A stretch of 62,289 nt of DNA, the filler included, from an uncultured Methanosarcinales archaeon (GTDB lineage: Archaea > Nanobdellota > Nanobdellia > Woesearchaeales > CAYSVS01): NCBI GenBank assembly GCA_964589485.1. It is 2 parts of 2 records of this genome, joined end to end, with 100 filler letters (N's around TTAATTAATTAA, not from the genome) between each part and the next. Parts side by side here need not be neighbours in the genome. Positions count along the whole stretch, not along the records: positions 1 to 31,350 come from CAZPRK010000012.1; positions 31,451 to 62,289 come from CAZPRK010000013.1. One strand, 5' to 3'. Below the pieces are notes generated by a model. It did no database searches and was not told the DNA's origin. It saw only the letters and a program-made list of their open reading frames with translations. This document shows positions 28,441 through 41,200 of this stretch, in pieces. Both the position numbers and the translations under genes were made by a program. Each line of letters starts with the position of its first letter. Within the stretch, counting starts at the first letter, position 1.

Positions 28441-31035
28441 CTAACTATTCGCAATAATGTTATCCACATTAATCTTTCCACCTTCAGACTTAGATACATC
28501 TATTCCATCTCCACCATATCTAAACTGAATGATTTTTCCACTAGCTTCTCTTACTGTGTAATCATATTCAACCTTTACATCTTGTAAAGCATTTGCTAAT
28601 CTTCTATATAAATACCCTGATTTAGGGGTTCTTAAAGCAGTATCCATTAAACTATCTCTTCCAGTCATTGCCATAAAAAAGAATTCATGAGGATTCAATC
28701 CTGATTTAAAACCACCTTTAATAAAACCATGAGCATCAGGTCTTAAATCTTCTTTCTTAAAACAAGACAAAGTTCTGCCTTTATATCCTTTAATAATCCT
28801 AGCTCCTCTCAAAGCTTGTTGTCCTACACATGCTGACATTTGAGCTAAATTTAAAGGGCTACCTCTTGCACCAGAGTCACTCATTACTAAAGTTCCGCTT
28901 TGATTCAAAACTTTTCCACCTTGTACTCTAGTATATTCAGCAACTATTTTTCCAGTTTCGTTTCTTGCTAAATTTAATCTTTCTAAAACTCTTAATTCTA
29001 AAGTTTCTAACATAGTTTTACCTGGGAATGTTTCTAAAGCTTCATCGTAAAAATTCTTAATTAATTCATCTACATTTTTATATGCTTCATCTAAAATTTC
29101 TTGTATTCTTTTTTTTGCATCCACTGGTAAGTCAGTATCACTTATTCCAGTTGTAAATCCAATTTTAACTAAAGTTTTAGTCCCTAACCTAAATAATTTT
29201 CCAAGGATACCAATTGCTGTTTCTTGTCCATATTTTTTATGAATATTTCTCAACATTAACCCTTGACCTTCACCTAAATTTGCTTTATCCATAAACCCTT
29301 CCTTTAATAAACCGTCTTCAATAATTACTTTTTGTTTATCTCTAGATTCTCCTTTAAATTCAAAATCACTAGGCAAAACCATACTAAATACTTCTCGTCC
29401 TGTAATTGTTTCTTTTTTAGGTAACCTTGAAAAATCTTCAATTCCTGCAGAAAAAAGTAAATCAATTGCTTCATTTCTTGGCATGGATAATTCCTTTGTT
29501 AAAATATAATTCCCAGTAATTGCGTCTTGTACACATCCAATGATACTTAACCCATATCTAGGACTAATTAATTGAGTTTGTACCATCATTAATATTTCAG
29601 CTTCAGCTCTTGCTTCTTCAGTTTGAGGAATGTGTAAATTCATTTCGTCTCCATCAAAGTCAGCGTTATACGGAGCACAAACAGCTGGGTTTAATCTTAA
29701 AGTTTTATATGGAAGAACTCTAACCTTATGACACATCATACTCATTCTATGTAAGGATGGTTGCCTGTTAAAAATAGAAATATCACCGTCCATTAAATGT
29801 CTCTCAACTACATATCCTGGCTGTATTTCTTCAATTAATTGTTCTTTAGTCTCATCAGTTATTTTCTTTTTCTTACCATCTGGCCTAACTATATAGTTTG
29901 CACCTGGATATTTATCACTTCCATTGTTAATAAAATTCTTTAAATAACTTAAATTCCATTCAGTTACTCTTTCTGGAACTGTTAATTTTAATGCAATAAC
30001 TTCAGGAACTCCAACTTCATTTAAATCAAGCATCGGATCAGGACTAATAACTGTTCTTGCTGAAAAGTTTGTTCTTTTTCCTGCTAAATTATGTCTAATT
30101 CTTCCTTCCTTACTTTTAATCCTTTCAGTAATAGTTTTTAATGGTTGACCACTTCTATGTCTTGCAGGTGGCAATTGAGCTACTGCATTATCGAAAAAAG
30201 TAGTTACATGATACTGTAACAAATCCCATAAATCTTCAATAATAATTTCTGGTGCACCAGCATTAATATTTTCAAATAATCTTTGATTAATTCTAACTAT
30301 ATCTCCCATTTTATGAGTTAAATCATCTTCACTTCTTTCACCTGATTCTAAAGTAATAGAAGGTCTCATAGTTACTGGTGGAATAGGTAATACTGTTAAT
30401 ATCATCCACTCTGGCCTAGCGTTTTTATAATTAATTCCAAATAAAACTAAATCATCATCTGGAATTTTTTCCAATCTAGATCTTACTTCAATTGGACTAA
30501 TTCTTTTTTCATTTTCTAAATAAGAAGTTGGTTTTTCTACAGTAATTTTTTGTTGCTTTGCACTACAATGAGGACATTTATTAATTGTTTTCAAAGCTAC
30601 AATAATTTCTTTAATATGTTTTCTTCTAGCTTCTATACCCATCTCTTTTTGTAATGTATCTAATTCTTCATTATATTTATTAATTTTATTTTTTGGAATT
30701 AAAATATTACTACATTCTCTACATGTACTTCTTAATAAATTTGCAATTATATCCACATACTTAATATGAACAATAGGTCTAGCCAATTCAATATAACCAA
30801 AGTGTCCTACACATTCTTTTAATTTTGATCCACAAGTTTTACATTTTAATCCAGGATCAATAACACCTAATCTAATGTCCATTAGTCCACCATCAACAGG
30901 ATATCCTTCTTTATCATAAAGCTCAGGAGTTACAATCTTTGCTGTTGCCATTTTTTTAATTAATTTTGGACTTAAAACTCCGAACGAAATACTTGATACT
31001 TTTTTGAATGTATAGTCTTGACTCATTTTATTCAC
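28441..31035 (-). CDS. rpoA1: RNA polymerase subunit A'
   Basis: catalytic [30 protein letters not shown]. Confidence 0.98.
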   Translation of the reverse strand: MNKMSQDYTFKKVSSISFGVLSPKLIKKMATAKIVTPELYDKEGYPVDGGLMDIRLGVIDPGLKCKTCGSKLKECVGHFGYIELARPIVHIKYVDIIANLLRSTCRECSNILIPKNKINKYNEELDTLQKEMGIEARRKHIKEIIVALKTINKCPHCSAKQQKITVEKPTSYLENEKRISPIEVRSRLEKIPDDDLVLFGINYKNARPEWMILTVLPIPPVTMRPSITLESGERSEDDLTHKMGDIVRINQRLFENINAGAPEIIIEDLWDLLQYHVTTFFDNAVAQLPPARHRSGQPLKTITERIKSKEGRIRHNLAGKRTNFSARTVISPDPMLDLNEVGVPEVIALKLTVPERVTEWNLSYLKNFINNGSDKYPGANYIVRPDGKKKKITDETKEQLIEEIQPGYVVERHLMDGDISIFNRQPSLHRMSMMCHKVRVLPYKTLRLNPAVCAPYNADFDGDEMNLHIPQTEEARAEAEILMMVQTQLISPRYGLSIIGCVQDAITGNYILTKELSMPRNEAIDLLFSAGIEDFSRLPKKETITGREVFSMVLPSDFEFKGESRDKQKVIIEDGLLKEGFMDKANLGEGQGLMLRNIHKKYGQETAIGILGKLFRLGTKTLVKIGFTTGISDTDLPVDAKKRIQEILDEAYKNVDELIKNFYDEALETFPGKTMLETLELRVLERLNLARNETGKIVAEYTRVQGGKVLNQSGTLVMSDSGARGSPLNLAQMSACVGQQALRGARIIKGYKGRTLSCFKKEDLRPDAHGFIKGGFKSGLNPHEFFFMAMTGRDSLMDTALRTPKSGYLYRRLANALQDVKVEYDYTVREASGKIIQFRYGGDGIDVSKSEGGKINVDNIIANS

Positions 31036-31350
31036 CTAAAATTTATTGCTCAACTTCATCTTTGGATAAATTCCTAAACATTTAAACTCATCCATAATTA
31101 GTTTGAAAGCATAACTTATTTCAACGCTACTTATTTCTACATTATCTCCACAAATATTACAATAAGATTTATTTTTAAATTCATCATGTATTGCCAATAA
31201 ACCGCAACTTTCACAAATAGGGACTTTAGTTTTATCGGAGTCAAACCTTTCCTTTAACACTAATGATGCACCATGCGCCACAAAAGTATCTTTCTCCATT
31301 TCTCCTAATCTTAATCCACCTTCTTTTGCTCTTCCTTCAGTAGGTTGTCT
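31036..31350 (-). CDS. rpoB: RNA polymerase subunit B, C-terminal fragment (cut by gap)
   Basis: RQPTEGRAKEGGLRLGEMEKD read from the gap edge; zinc finger CESC/CNIC; SYAFKL. Confidence 0.95.
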   Translation of the reverse strand, partial: RQPTEGRAKEGGLRLGEMEKDTFVAHGASLVLKERFDSDKTKVPICESCGLLAIHDEFKNKSYCNICGDNVEISSVEISYAFKLIMDEFKCLGIYPKMKLSNKF

Positions 31351-31450
31351 NNNNNNNNNNNNNNNNNNNNNNNNNNNNNNNNNNNNNNNNNNNNTTAATT
31401 AATTAANNNNNNNNNNNNNNNNNNNNNNNNNNNNNNNNNNNNNNNNNNNN
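31351..31450. other. artificial contig-joining linker
   Basis: 44 N + TTAATTAATTAA (stops in all six frames) + 44 N. Confidence 0.95.
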
Positions 31451-34400
31451 CACTTACATTAATATGATAAAAACCAACAGGTAAGGTAAAGTTATGAGTT
31501 AAGTTGCCATTAGTTATATTAAATCTGAAAGTGTCATTAATAAAATACTGATCGATAGCTACATTATCACTTGCATTAAAATCAACTAAAAATCCACTTC
31601 CTAATTCAACAGTTATGTTATTTGGATATTCATCCCATGTTGGTTTCTTTAAGTCAGGTAACGGTTCTGTTAAAAAAATAGGGTAACTTAATCCATCATT
31701 CATTTGCCATACATTATTAAAATCCCAACCTTGGTTTGTAAATGTTGATTGTGTTTGCATGATTGCGGTAGTATTTCCACTCATTCCATCATCTTCACCA
31801 TTTCCTGTTGCATTCATGTTTGGATTTAAAGAACTATCAAAGAAAATTCCAGATGCATAACTATTAGGTATTGACTTTCCAACTATTCCACCAGCATTAT
31901 TAGTTCCATTTGTAATATTTCCAGCATAATAAGAAGTAGTAATATTAAAATTCTTTCCAAAAACATTTGAACTAATTTTTCCAACTAATCCACCTACAAA
32001 ATCATTTCCACTTACATTCATAGTACTATAAGTATTGTTCCAAAATTCTCTTGATTGTTCAGTATATCCATAAAAACCTCCGACATTATCATTTCCTTTA
32101 ACAATTCCTTTAGAATAAACATTTAATGCACTTCCTCCTTCATATTTATATCCCAAAAGCCCACCTACTTGATCACCTGTAGAATTTACATTTCCCTCAA
32201 AAGATACATTAATTAATGTACCCATAAATCTTGCATCTCCAATTAATCCTCCAACTTTCACATTAATTCCAGATCCAACTTTATTTGCACTTATATTCCC
32301 TTTAACATGAACATTTGTTAAATTAGCTCCTCCTGTAGTATCTGATGTTTTACCAATTAAACCCCCAATATAACCTGTTACAGTAGTATAAGAAGTTACA
32401 TTTAGTCCAGTTATATTGATATCTCTAAGAATTGGTAAACTATTAACTTCAGTATATCCTATCAATCCACCAGTATAAGATTTTCCTGCAGAAGTTAAAT
32501 TATGAAAACTAACATTGCTAATTATTACATTAGTTTCAACTTTTGTAAATAACCCTACATAATTTTGATTCTCATCCATAAGAATATCATTAACAATATA
32601 TCCTTTTCCTTCAAAACTTTTATTATATTTTGTAACTGCTCCATCATATATGTCATTATACCAATTTGTAAAACTTATGCCTGAACAGTTAATATTGTTT
32701 CTTAATTCAATCGCTTCATTTGCTCTTATTGCATCTTGCATTTGAGTACAATTTTTAATTGAAATAATGTGAGTACTTTCTGCAGTTAATGTTTTATGAC
32801 TTGGTTCGGAACAAGTTACTGAATAATCATGTTCAAAGCTACTACTAAAACTCATAGTTTTATTATATATCAAAGAAGTTGAGTTCCATGACATTTCATA
32901 AACTGTTCCATTATTGTTAAAAGTAATATTACAACTTGCTCCACTAATTCCAGCTCCAGTATTTGTATCTGAATAATTAGCAATAAAATTAATTACTTGG
33001 TTGAACCCTTCACTTCCTGTGTATGCTGAAGTAACTGTTAAATTAGAATTCATTGAAGCAATTCCTGAATGTGTTAACCCTGATAAAATGTAAGTATCTT
33101 CATAAGAACAAGTGATACTTTTTCCATTAATTGTTTTTGAATTTTCACCCATACAATCAGATATTTCAAACTTAGCTTCATCTGATTCAGAACAATCTGT
33201 TGAAAAATTATCTATACTTTCAACTCTTGAATCTTTTACACAAATTGCAGTATTATTTATTATTGCAGTTTTTGTTGTTTTATTCAAATATCTTTGAAGA
33301 GTTAATTCATTTACAACCATACCGTTTAATAATTTTTCAATTTTAATTTCTTCTCCTGTTTTTAATAATTCCAATTGATGAGTTGAAAAGTTATGATTAA
33401 ATGAAACAGTATTATTATCTCCATCAGTTATGTTTACGGTTTGTAATCCAGTATAAGTGTTGTTTAATGTTTCAGATCCAGATATTAATAAAGTAGCATT
33501 AAATCCTATTGCATTAATATTACTTTGATTTCCAATTAAACTATCTTTAATATCTTCAACTCCATCTCCATCGAGATCTTCCCAGAAAAAATAATGTATA
33601 GGATATGAACTTTCAGTTCTCCAAATATTAGTTAAATCCCAATTTGTAAATGTTCCATTTTGCTTTAATTGCCATGTTAATTTACCAAGGACGTTTGCGT
33701 TATTTGAAGGTTTACTACTTCCACCCATAGGTCCTTGAATTAATGAAGTGTCGTTATCATAAAAGTTATCTCCCAAATTACCACTTCCTGTATCTCCTAA
33801 AAAAGCTCCTACATATGCATTAGATTTGTTAATTATTCTACCTGCAAAATAATTTCTATATAAATTGCTAGATGTTCCGTATTCACCTCCGAAACCACCT
33901 AAATATAAACTTCCACTTGTTAATGTTGATTCTACAGTTGAATGAGAAAAACTATCATTAATTTCTGTATAATATGTTACCCTACCTGCAAAACCTCCTA
34001 TATAAGAGTTACTTCCTTTTACTTTACCTTTAGAAAAGGATCTAATGAAATAATTGTATTTATTGGATTGTCCATAACTATATCCTGTAAAACCTCCAAC
34101 ATATTGATCACCTTCTACATTACCAATAAATGAACTATCATAAACTGATGTATTATCGTATGCATAACCTATAAATCCACCAATGTAATCGTCAGATCCA
34201 ATAACATTTCCTTTAACATGAGAATTATTTACAAAAAAATATGAAGAATCTTGATTACTTCCTACAAGTCCACCTATATTATCTACATCAATGTCATAAG
34301 ATGAAATAGAAACTGTTAGATTGATACCTATTATATTAGTTTTTGAATAAGCTTTTCCTATTGCTCCACCAATGTCTCTTACTATCCCTACAACTGAAAT

Positions 34401-35087
34401 ATTACCTTGACTATCTACTAATTTTAAATTTTCAGAATAACCAACAAATCCTCCTACGTTAATTTCACCTTGTATTTTTCCAAAGACTCTAGAATTATTA
34501 ATTATTGTACCAAATCCGTTTGGTGAAGTTGCTCCGATGATTCCGCCATTTTTATCGTCTTTAGTAACTAAAGTACCATTAAATGTAACATTAAAAAATG
34601 TTGAATTTTCAGCATATGCTACAATACCCCCCGCATAATCTTGACTACTCCCTGTATGATTAATAGAAGCGTTAATATAAACATTAGTTATATTTACATT
34701 TAAAGCTTGACCGATCAATCCACCTGGAGATGTTCCTGCTTTTATTGTTAGATTTTGTAATATAATATCTCGTACTATAGAATTTTTAGCAATTGGGATT
34801 AATCCAACATATTGGCTACTATATGAGCTAGTAGTACCAGTTAAAGTTAGGTTAAATATAGTAAAATTATTTCCATAAAAATTTTCAGTAAAAGTTGCAA
34901 CATTTCCCGATCTCCAATCACCAAAATCTACACCAGCACAATTAAGATTTGAAGTAATATTTGTTTCATTATTATTTTCTATAGATGTTTTTAAATCTTC
35001 ACAATTTGCAACATTATTTATTCCTGCAAGAACAGTAGAACTACATAAAACTAATACAAAAACTAATAATACCCCTCTTTTCCTCAA
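31451..35087 (-). CDS. large secreted surface protein with two GLUG-motif domains; C-terminus lost in gap
   Basis: signal peptide; many VGG[LF]xG repeats; DLDGDGVED Ca-binding-like motif; ends in a cadherin/Ig-like repeat. Confidence 0.85.
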
Positions 35088-35236
35088 ACTATTACCCTTA
35101 TTTCTATCAAACTAAGAGAAAAAAAATACACCCCTCAAAATATGATAGTATTGTACTGTTGCTCAAAAGAAATAATACTACTCTAGTATATAAACTTTTC
35201 GACTGAAATATTTATTTTATCGTCGATACTACTTAT

Positions 35237-38200
35237 TTATTTCAATAATCTATTAATTACAGAAACTGGCCATTTTTTATTTTTAAGTTCACTATGTATT
35301 TTTTCAACACTATGACCTTTTTTTAAATGGTTTAATACATAATCTTTTGCTAAATTTAAGTGTTTTACGTCTAGTCCTGGGATTCTTCTAATTTTTAAAA
35401 CGTTAGTATATATAACAATTGATTCAATTAATTTATGTGAACACTTTTTTTCTTCCAATTTTCTTGATATTTGGTTAATTGTATGACCTTTTGCAAGCAT
35501 ATTTTTCACATATTTTAAAACTATTATGAAGTTATCTTGACTAAATTTACTTATGTGTGCATTGTTTATACTTTTTGTTGTTTGTATTAAATTACTAAAT
35601 TTATGTAATAAAGTTTGAAACTCTTTAGCTTCTTCATAAACTGTTTTTTTAGATGCTTTTTTATTTTTGATCATTATGTGTTGTTTTAAACTAATTACTA
35701 TTTTTTCAAAGTCGTGTAACTCTTTATTAACTAGTGAAGATGTTTTTCTTTTTTCAGTTTTAATGAAATCATGAACAAAATGTATTAATTTTTCAAAGTA
35801 AATTTTTTCTTCATTTAATACGTTAGCTAATTTATTTTTATCTTTTTTAAGTGTATTTTTAAGATACATACCTAATTTGTGTTTTAAATCATTAATATCA
35901 CTAAATATGTTTTCTTTTTTATTTTTAGGTGGTTTATTTAAAACTGAGTATAACGCAAAAATAATTCCTATTGTTAATAATATTACTAAAATAATAGAAA
36001 CGAATCCACTTTTAGAAGTTTTTTCTTCTATTAATTCTGGGCTTTCTATGATAGGTTCTTTAATTTCTTCAATAACTTCTTCTTCCTCCTCTTCTATTAC
36101 TTCTTCAACTATTTTTTCTGTTTCAGTATCTTTTAATGAAATTGCAAAGTAACTAAATCCAGGTGTTTCTGCTGAATAATATACATAAGTAGAATCTTCT
36201 TTAGTAACTTTAGTTTCTAATTTATTCCACTCATTATTATATCTAAATAATGCGATATCATCTTTATTTTTATTTCCTATCCATGACTTTTTAACTTTAA
36301 AATTAATTTCAGCTTTTTCTATTTTTACTGCGCTTTGTAAACTAATATCTTCATATTTGTATAGTTTACCTTCAACTGTTTCTGAAGTAGGATTTTTATC
36401 TAGTGTAATTACTTTTAATCTAACTCTTATCGTTTCTTCAGTTGGGAATACCTTTACTGATTTAATTGTAGATAGACTACTTTCTACATCAAATATATGA
36501 GGTGAATTTATTGTGTAATATTTACTATAAAATTCATTACTTTCTAATTTTGTTGGTGCGTTTGAAATTCCTCCTCCTGAGCTTCCTCCAGATGAACTAC
36601 TTGAACTTGAAGAACTACTACTTGATCCACCTGAGCTAGGAGCTTTACTTCCTTGGCTTTTAGTTGCAGTAATGAAAGTTGAGAAGTGACTTACATTTGC
36701 TTCGTATGTAATGAAATCTCCAACGTTACTTACATTAGTTGTATTTAATTCTTCAAATGAAGTAGTACTTCCTGATTGTGTTGAATATAATGAAATATTA
36801 TTGTATGAAATATTTTGTGCATTTAATTTTGCTTTAGCAACTTTAAAAGTAATTATTGAGTCCATACTTGTATTACTTGTATTTGATTCAATGTCAAAAG
36901 AAGTGAATGTTGGTACAGTATAAAGAGTTGTAAATTCAGATGGAACAGTAACTCTTACTGTTAAATTAATTGAAGCGTCTACAGGTAGGTCTCTTAATTT
37001 TTCAACAGTGTTTACTACAATTCCAGTGAAATTAGCATCACCTGATCCTAATGTTGGTGTTGCAGATAACCCAGTTCCAGATATAATTACAAAAGAATAA
37101 TTAATTATTCTTAAATTACTTTGATTATCCCATATTCTTAAGTATAATGTTTGGTTTTGAACTGAAGTGTTATAGTATGGTAATATATTTGTATTGTTTG
37201 AATTTATTGCACTTCCACTATTTAATAAATTAATTAATGTTCCATTTGTTGTTGTTAAAGTAATATTTGCATATTCATTAACTCTAATATTAAAGCTAGA
37301 TAATGACACTGAACTTGCGTTGATAACACTTCCATTTACTATATCTAAGACTCTTATTGCAGGAGAAGTAGTATCGTTAACAAATACAGTTATTAATGTT
37401 GAGTTTACATTATTACTTGTATCATTAACACTTACATTTATGTGGTATGTTCCTAAATTAATTATGGAAGCGTTTGTTAAATATCCTGAATTATTTATTG
37501 TAAATCTACTTGTATCATTTATAAAATATTTACTAATAGAGTCTCCATCTGAAGCGTTAATATCGACTGTTATTTTTCCTGTGTATAATTCAGCTGTAAT
37601 GTTTTGAGGAATTTGATCCCAAGTAGGTGCACTTAAATCTGAAACAACTAATGCAAATGTTAAACTGTTTACATTGTTGTATGTGTCATTTACTGATATA
37701 TTAATGTTATATGTTCTAGGTGATAATGCTGAATTGTTTTCAAAGTATCCACTTGAATTAATTTTAAAATTAGTTGAATCATTTAAGAAATATGTGCTAG
37801 TATTACTAATATCTGTTGAATTAATTTGAATAGCTAAGCTATTTGTAATATTAATAGTTTTATTACTTGGAATTTGAGTAAAGGTAGGTCCTGTTGTATC
37901 TTGTACGGTTATTATTAAGTTTAAATTGTTAGCATTGTTACTAGTATCGTTTACACTAACATTAATGTGATATGTTTGTATTGTTAATTTAGTTTTGTTG
38001 ATTAATAAACCACTAAAACTAATGTTGAAGTTAGTTGTATCGTTTACAATGAATTGACTAATTCCATTTGAATCTGTTGCATTAATATTAATTGATAATG
38101 ATTCTGTGTGAAATTCAATTGATCTATCTGCAGGAGTCTGAGTAAAGCTAGGTACTCCTACATCATTTACTGTTAATTTGAATGTAATACTGTTTACATT

Positions 38201-41200
38201 ATTGTATGTGTCATTTACACTTACATTAACAAAGTACACTTGAGCTGATAAATTAGTGTTGTTAATTAATACACCATTGAATGTAATGTTAAAGTTAGTT
38301 GTATCATTTATGAAGAATCTACTTATTCCGCTTGCGTCAGTTGCATTGATATCTAATGATAACGATTCATTACTTGATATACTTCTGTTTGCTGGAATTT
38401 GAGTAAAAGTAGGTGAAGTAGCATCTTGGACTGTAGCACTTAAAGTTAAACTACTCACTAAATTGTTTGTATCATTAACACTTATATTAATATAATATGT
38501 TCTTATAGATAATGCAGTTGAGTTGATTATAACACCAGATTGACTAATGTTAAAGTTTGTTGTATCGTTAATAAAGTACCTACTTAATCCGCTTGAATCT
38601 GATGCATTTACGTCAACTGATAAAGCATCAGTTAAATATTCTAATGTTAAATTACTCGGAATTTGGTCAAATGTTGGTACTGATGAATCGCTAATTGTAA
38701 CTGAGAAATGTAAATCTTTAATGTTATTTAATGTATCATTAACACTTATATTAATATGGTATGTTTTTGAAGATAAATTAGTGTTGTTTTCTAAGTACCC
38801 ACTTGAATTTATTTTAAAGTTAGTTGTATCGTTTACTTTGAATGAACTTAATCCTGATGAATCAGTAGCATTTAACTGTATAGCTAATGCAGTTGTAGTA
38901 TTTAATGTTCTATTTGATGGAATTTCTGTATAACTAGGTCCTGTAGAATCTTGAATAGTTACACTAAACATTAAACTGTTTACATTATTACTAGTATCAT
39001 TTACACTTACATTCACTAAAATTGTTCCTGTAGATAGTAATGTTTTGTTTGTTAATACACCTGATTGACTTATATTAAATCTAGTAGTATCGTTAATGAA
39101 GTATTTGTCTAATGCAAGATCTGTTGCATTAATATTGACTATTAATGTATCAATTCCATATTCTATAGTTTTATTTTGAGGTATTTCCGTGAAGGTTGGA
39201 GCACTTGAATCCGTTACAGTTAATGCAAAGTGTAGATCTTTAATGTTATTTTGAGTATCATTAACTGAAATATTTACGTGATATGTTCTTACACTTAAGT
39301 TAGTGTTATTTTCAAAGTAACCTGATGAATTAATTTTAAAGTTAGTTGTATCATTAACTTTAAATGAACTTATTCCCGATACATCCGTAGAGTTAATTTG
39401 AATTGCTAATGCACTACTTACATCAATACTTCTATTTGCTGGTATTTCTGTATAACTTGGAGTTGTTGTATCTTGGATAATAACGCTAAACATTAAGTTA
39501 TTTACATTATTGCTAGTGTCGTTGACACTTACATTTACTAAATATGTTCCAATAGATAATAATGTTTTATTAGTTAAAACTCCTGATTGGCTAATGTTAA
39601 ACCTCGTAGTGTCGTTGATGAAATACTTGTCTAAACTAGTATCTGTTGCGTTTATGTCAACTGATAAAGAATCTGTTGAATATTCTATTGTTTTATTTTG
39701 TGGGATTTCGGAAAAAGTTGGTGCAGTTGAATCTGTTACTGTTAATGCAAAGTGTATATTTTTAACATTATTTTGAGTATCATTAACTGAAATATTAATG
39801 TGATATACTTTTGAAGATAAGTTAGTATTATTTTCAAAGTAACCTGATGAATTAATTTTAAAGTTTGTTGTGTCGTTAACTTTGAATGAACTTATTCCAC
39901 TTGTGTCTGTTGCATTAATTTGTATTGCTAATGCACTACTTACATCAATACTTCTGTTTGCAGGGATTTCAGTAAATGAAGGACTTATTGTATCACTTAT
40001 AGTTACTTTGTATATTGTGTAATTTACATTATTTTGAGTATCATTTACACTTACATTTACTTCATGAGTACCTACAGCTAATAAAGTGTTATTAAGTAAT
40101 GTACCGGATGAGTTAATTACAAATTTAGTTGTATCATTTACTTTATATTCACTTATTGTATTTTGGTCAGTAGCAGTAAAGGTTACTTGTAAGCTACCTG
40201 TTAAATATTCTAAAGATGCATTTTCAGGGATAGTAAGCCAAGTTGGAGCAATGGTATCCTGTATAATTACTTGGAAGAATAAATAATTCACATTATTGTA
40301 TGTATCATTAACACTAACGTTAACTACATGAGTTCCGATAGCTAAAGGTGAACTATTTTGAAGATATCCTGTATTGTTAATTGTAAATTTACTACTACTG
40401 TTAACTTCCCAATGATCAATGTTAGATACATCAGTAGCATTAATTTGTATTGCAATGCTTTCTACTTCAAATTCTTGTGTTAGGTTTTGTGGAATCTGTG
40501 TAAATGAAGGAGAAGTTGTATCTTGTACGATTATAGATATTATTAATGAATTTACATTGTTGTTTGTATCATTAACGCTAACATTAACTAATATTGTTCC
40601 AATGCTTAAGTTAGTGTTATTTTCAAAGTAACCTGTTGAATTAATTTTAAAGTTAGTTGTGTCATTTACAAAGAAGTTTGAAATTCCACTTGCATCTGTT
40701 GCGTTTATATCTGTTGCTAAATTTTCACTAAAGTATTCTATAGTTTTATTTTGTGGTATTTGTGTAAATGTCGGAGCATTTGTTTCAGTAACAGTTAACG
40801 CAAAGTGTATACTTTTAACATTATTTTGAGTATCATTAACTGAAATATTTACATGATAAACAATTGCACTTAAATTAGTGTTATTTTCTAAGTAACCTGT
40901 TGAATTAATTTTAAAGTTAGTTGTATCGTTTACTTTGAATGAACTTATTCCACCTGCATCTGTTGCGTTTATTTGTATAGCTAAGTTAGTTGTTGAATCA
41001 ATGCTTCTATTTGCTATTGCTTGAGTAATGCTTGGAGAAGTTATATCTTGTACAGTTACTGAGAATATTGTACTATTTCTATTATTACTTGTGTCATTTA
41101 CTGTAACATTTACTAAAGTTGTTCCAACAGCTAATAATGAACTGTTAATTAATAGGCCACTTCCATTTATACTAAATCTAGTTGTATCGTTTACAAAATA

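Noticed and set aside
31395..31406. Palindrome TTAATTAATTAA as a biological site or true stop of the GLUG protein
   Set aside because: Sits symmetrically inside Ns; it is a synthetic six-frame stop linker.
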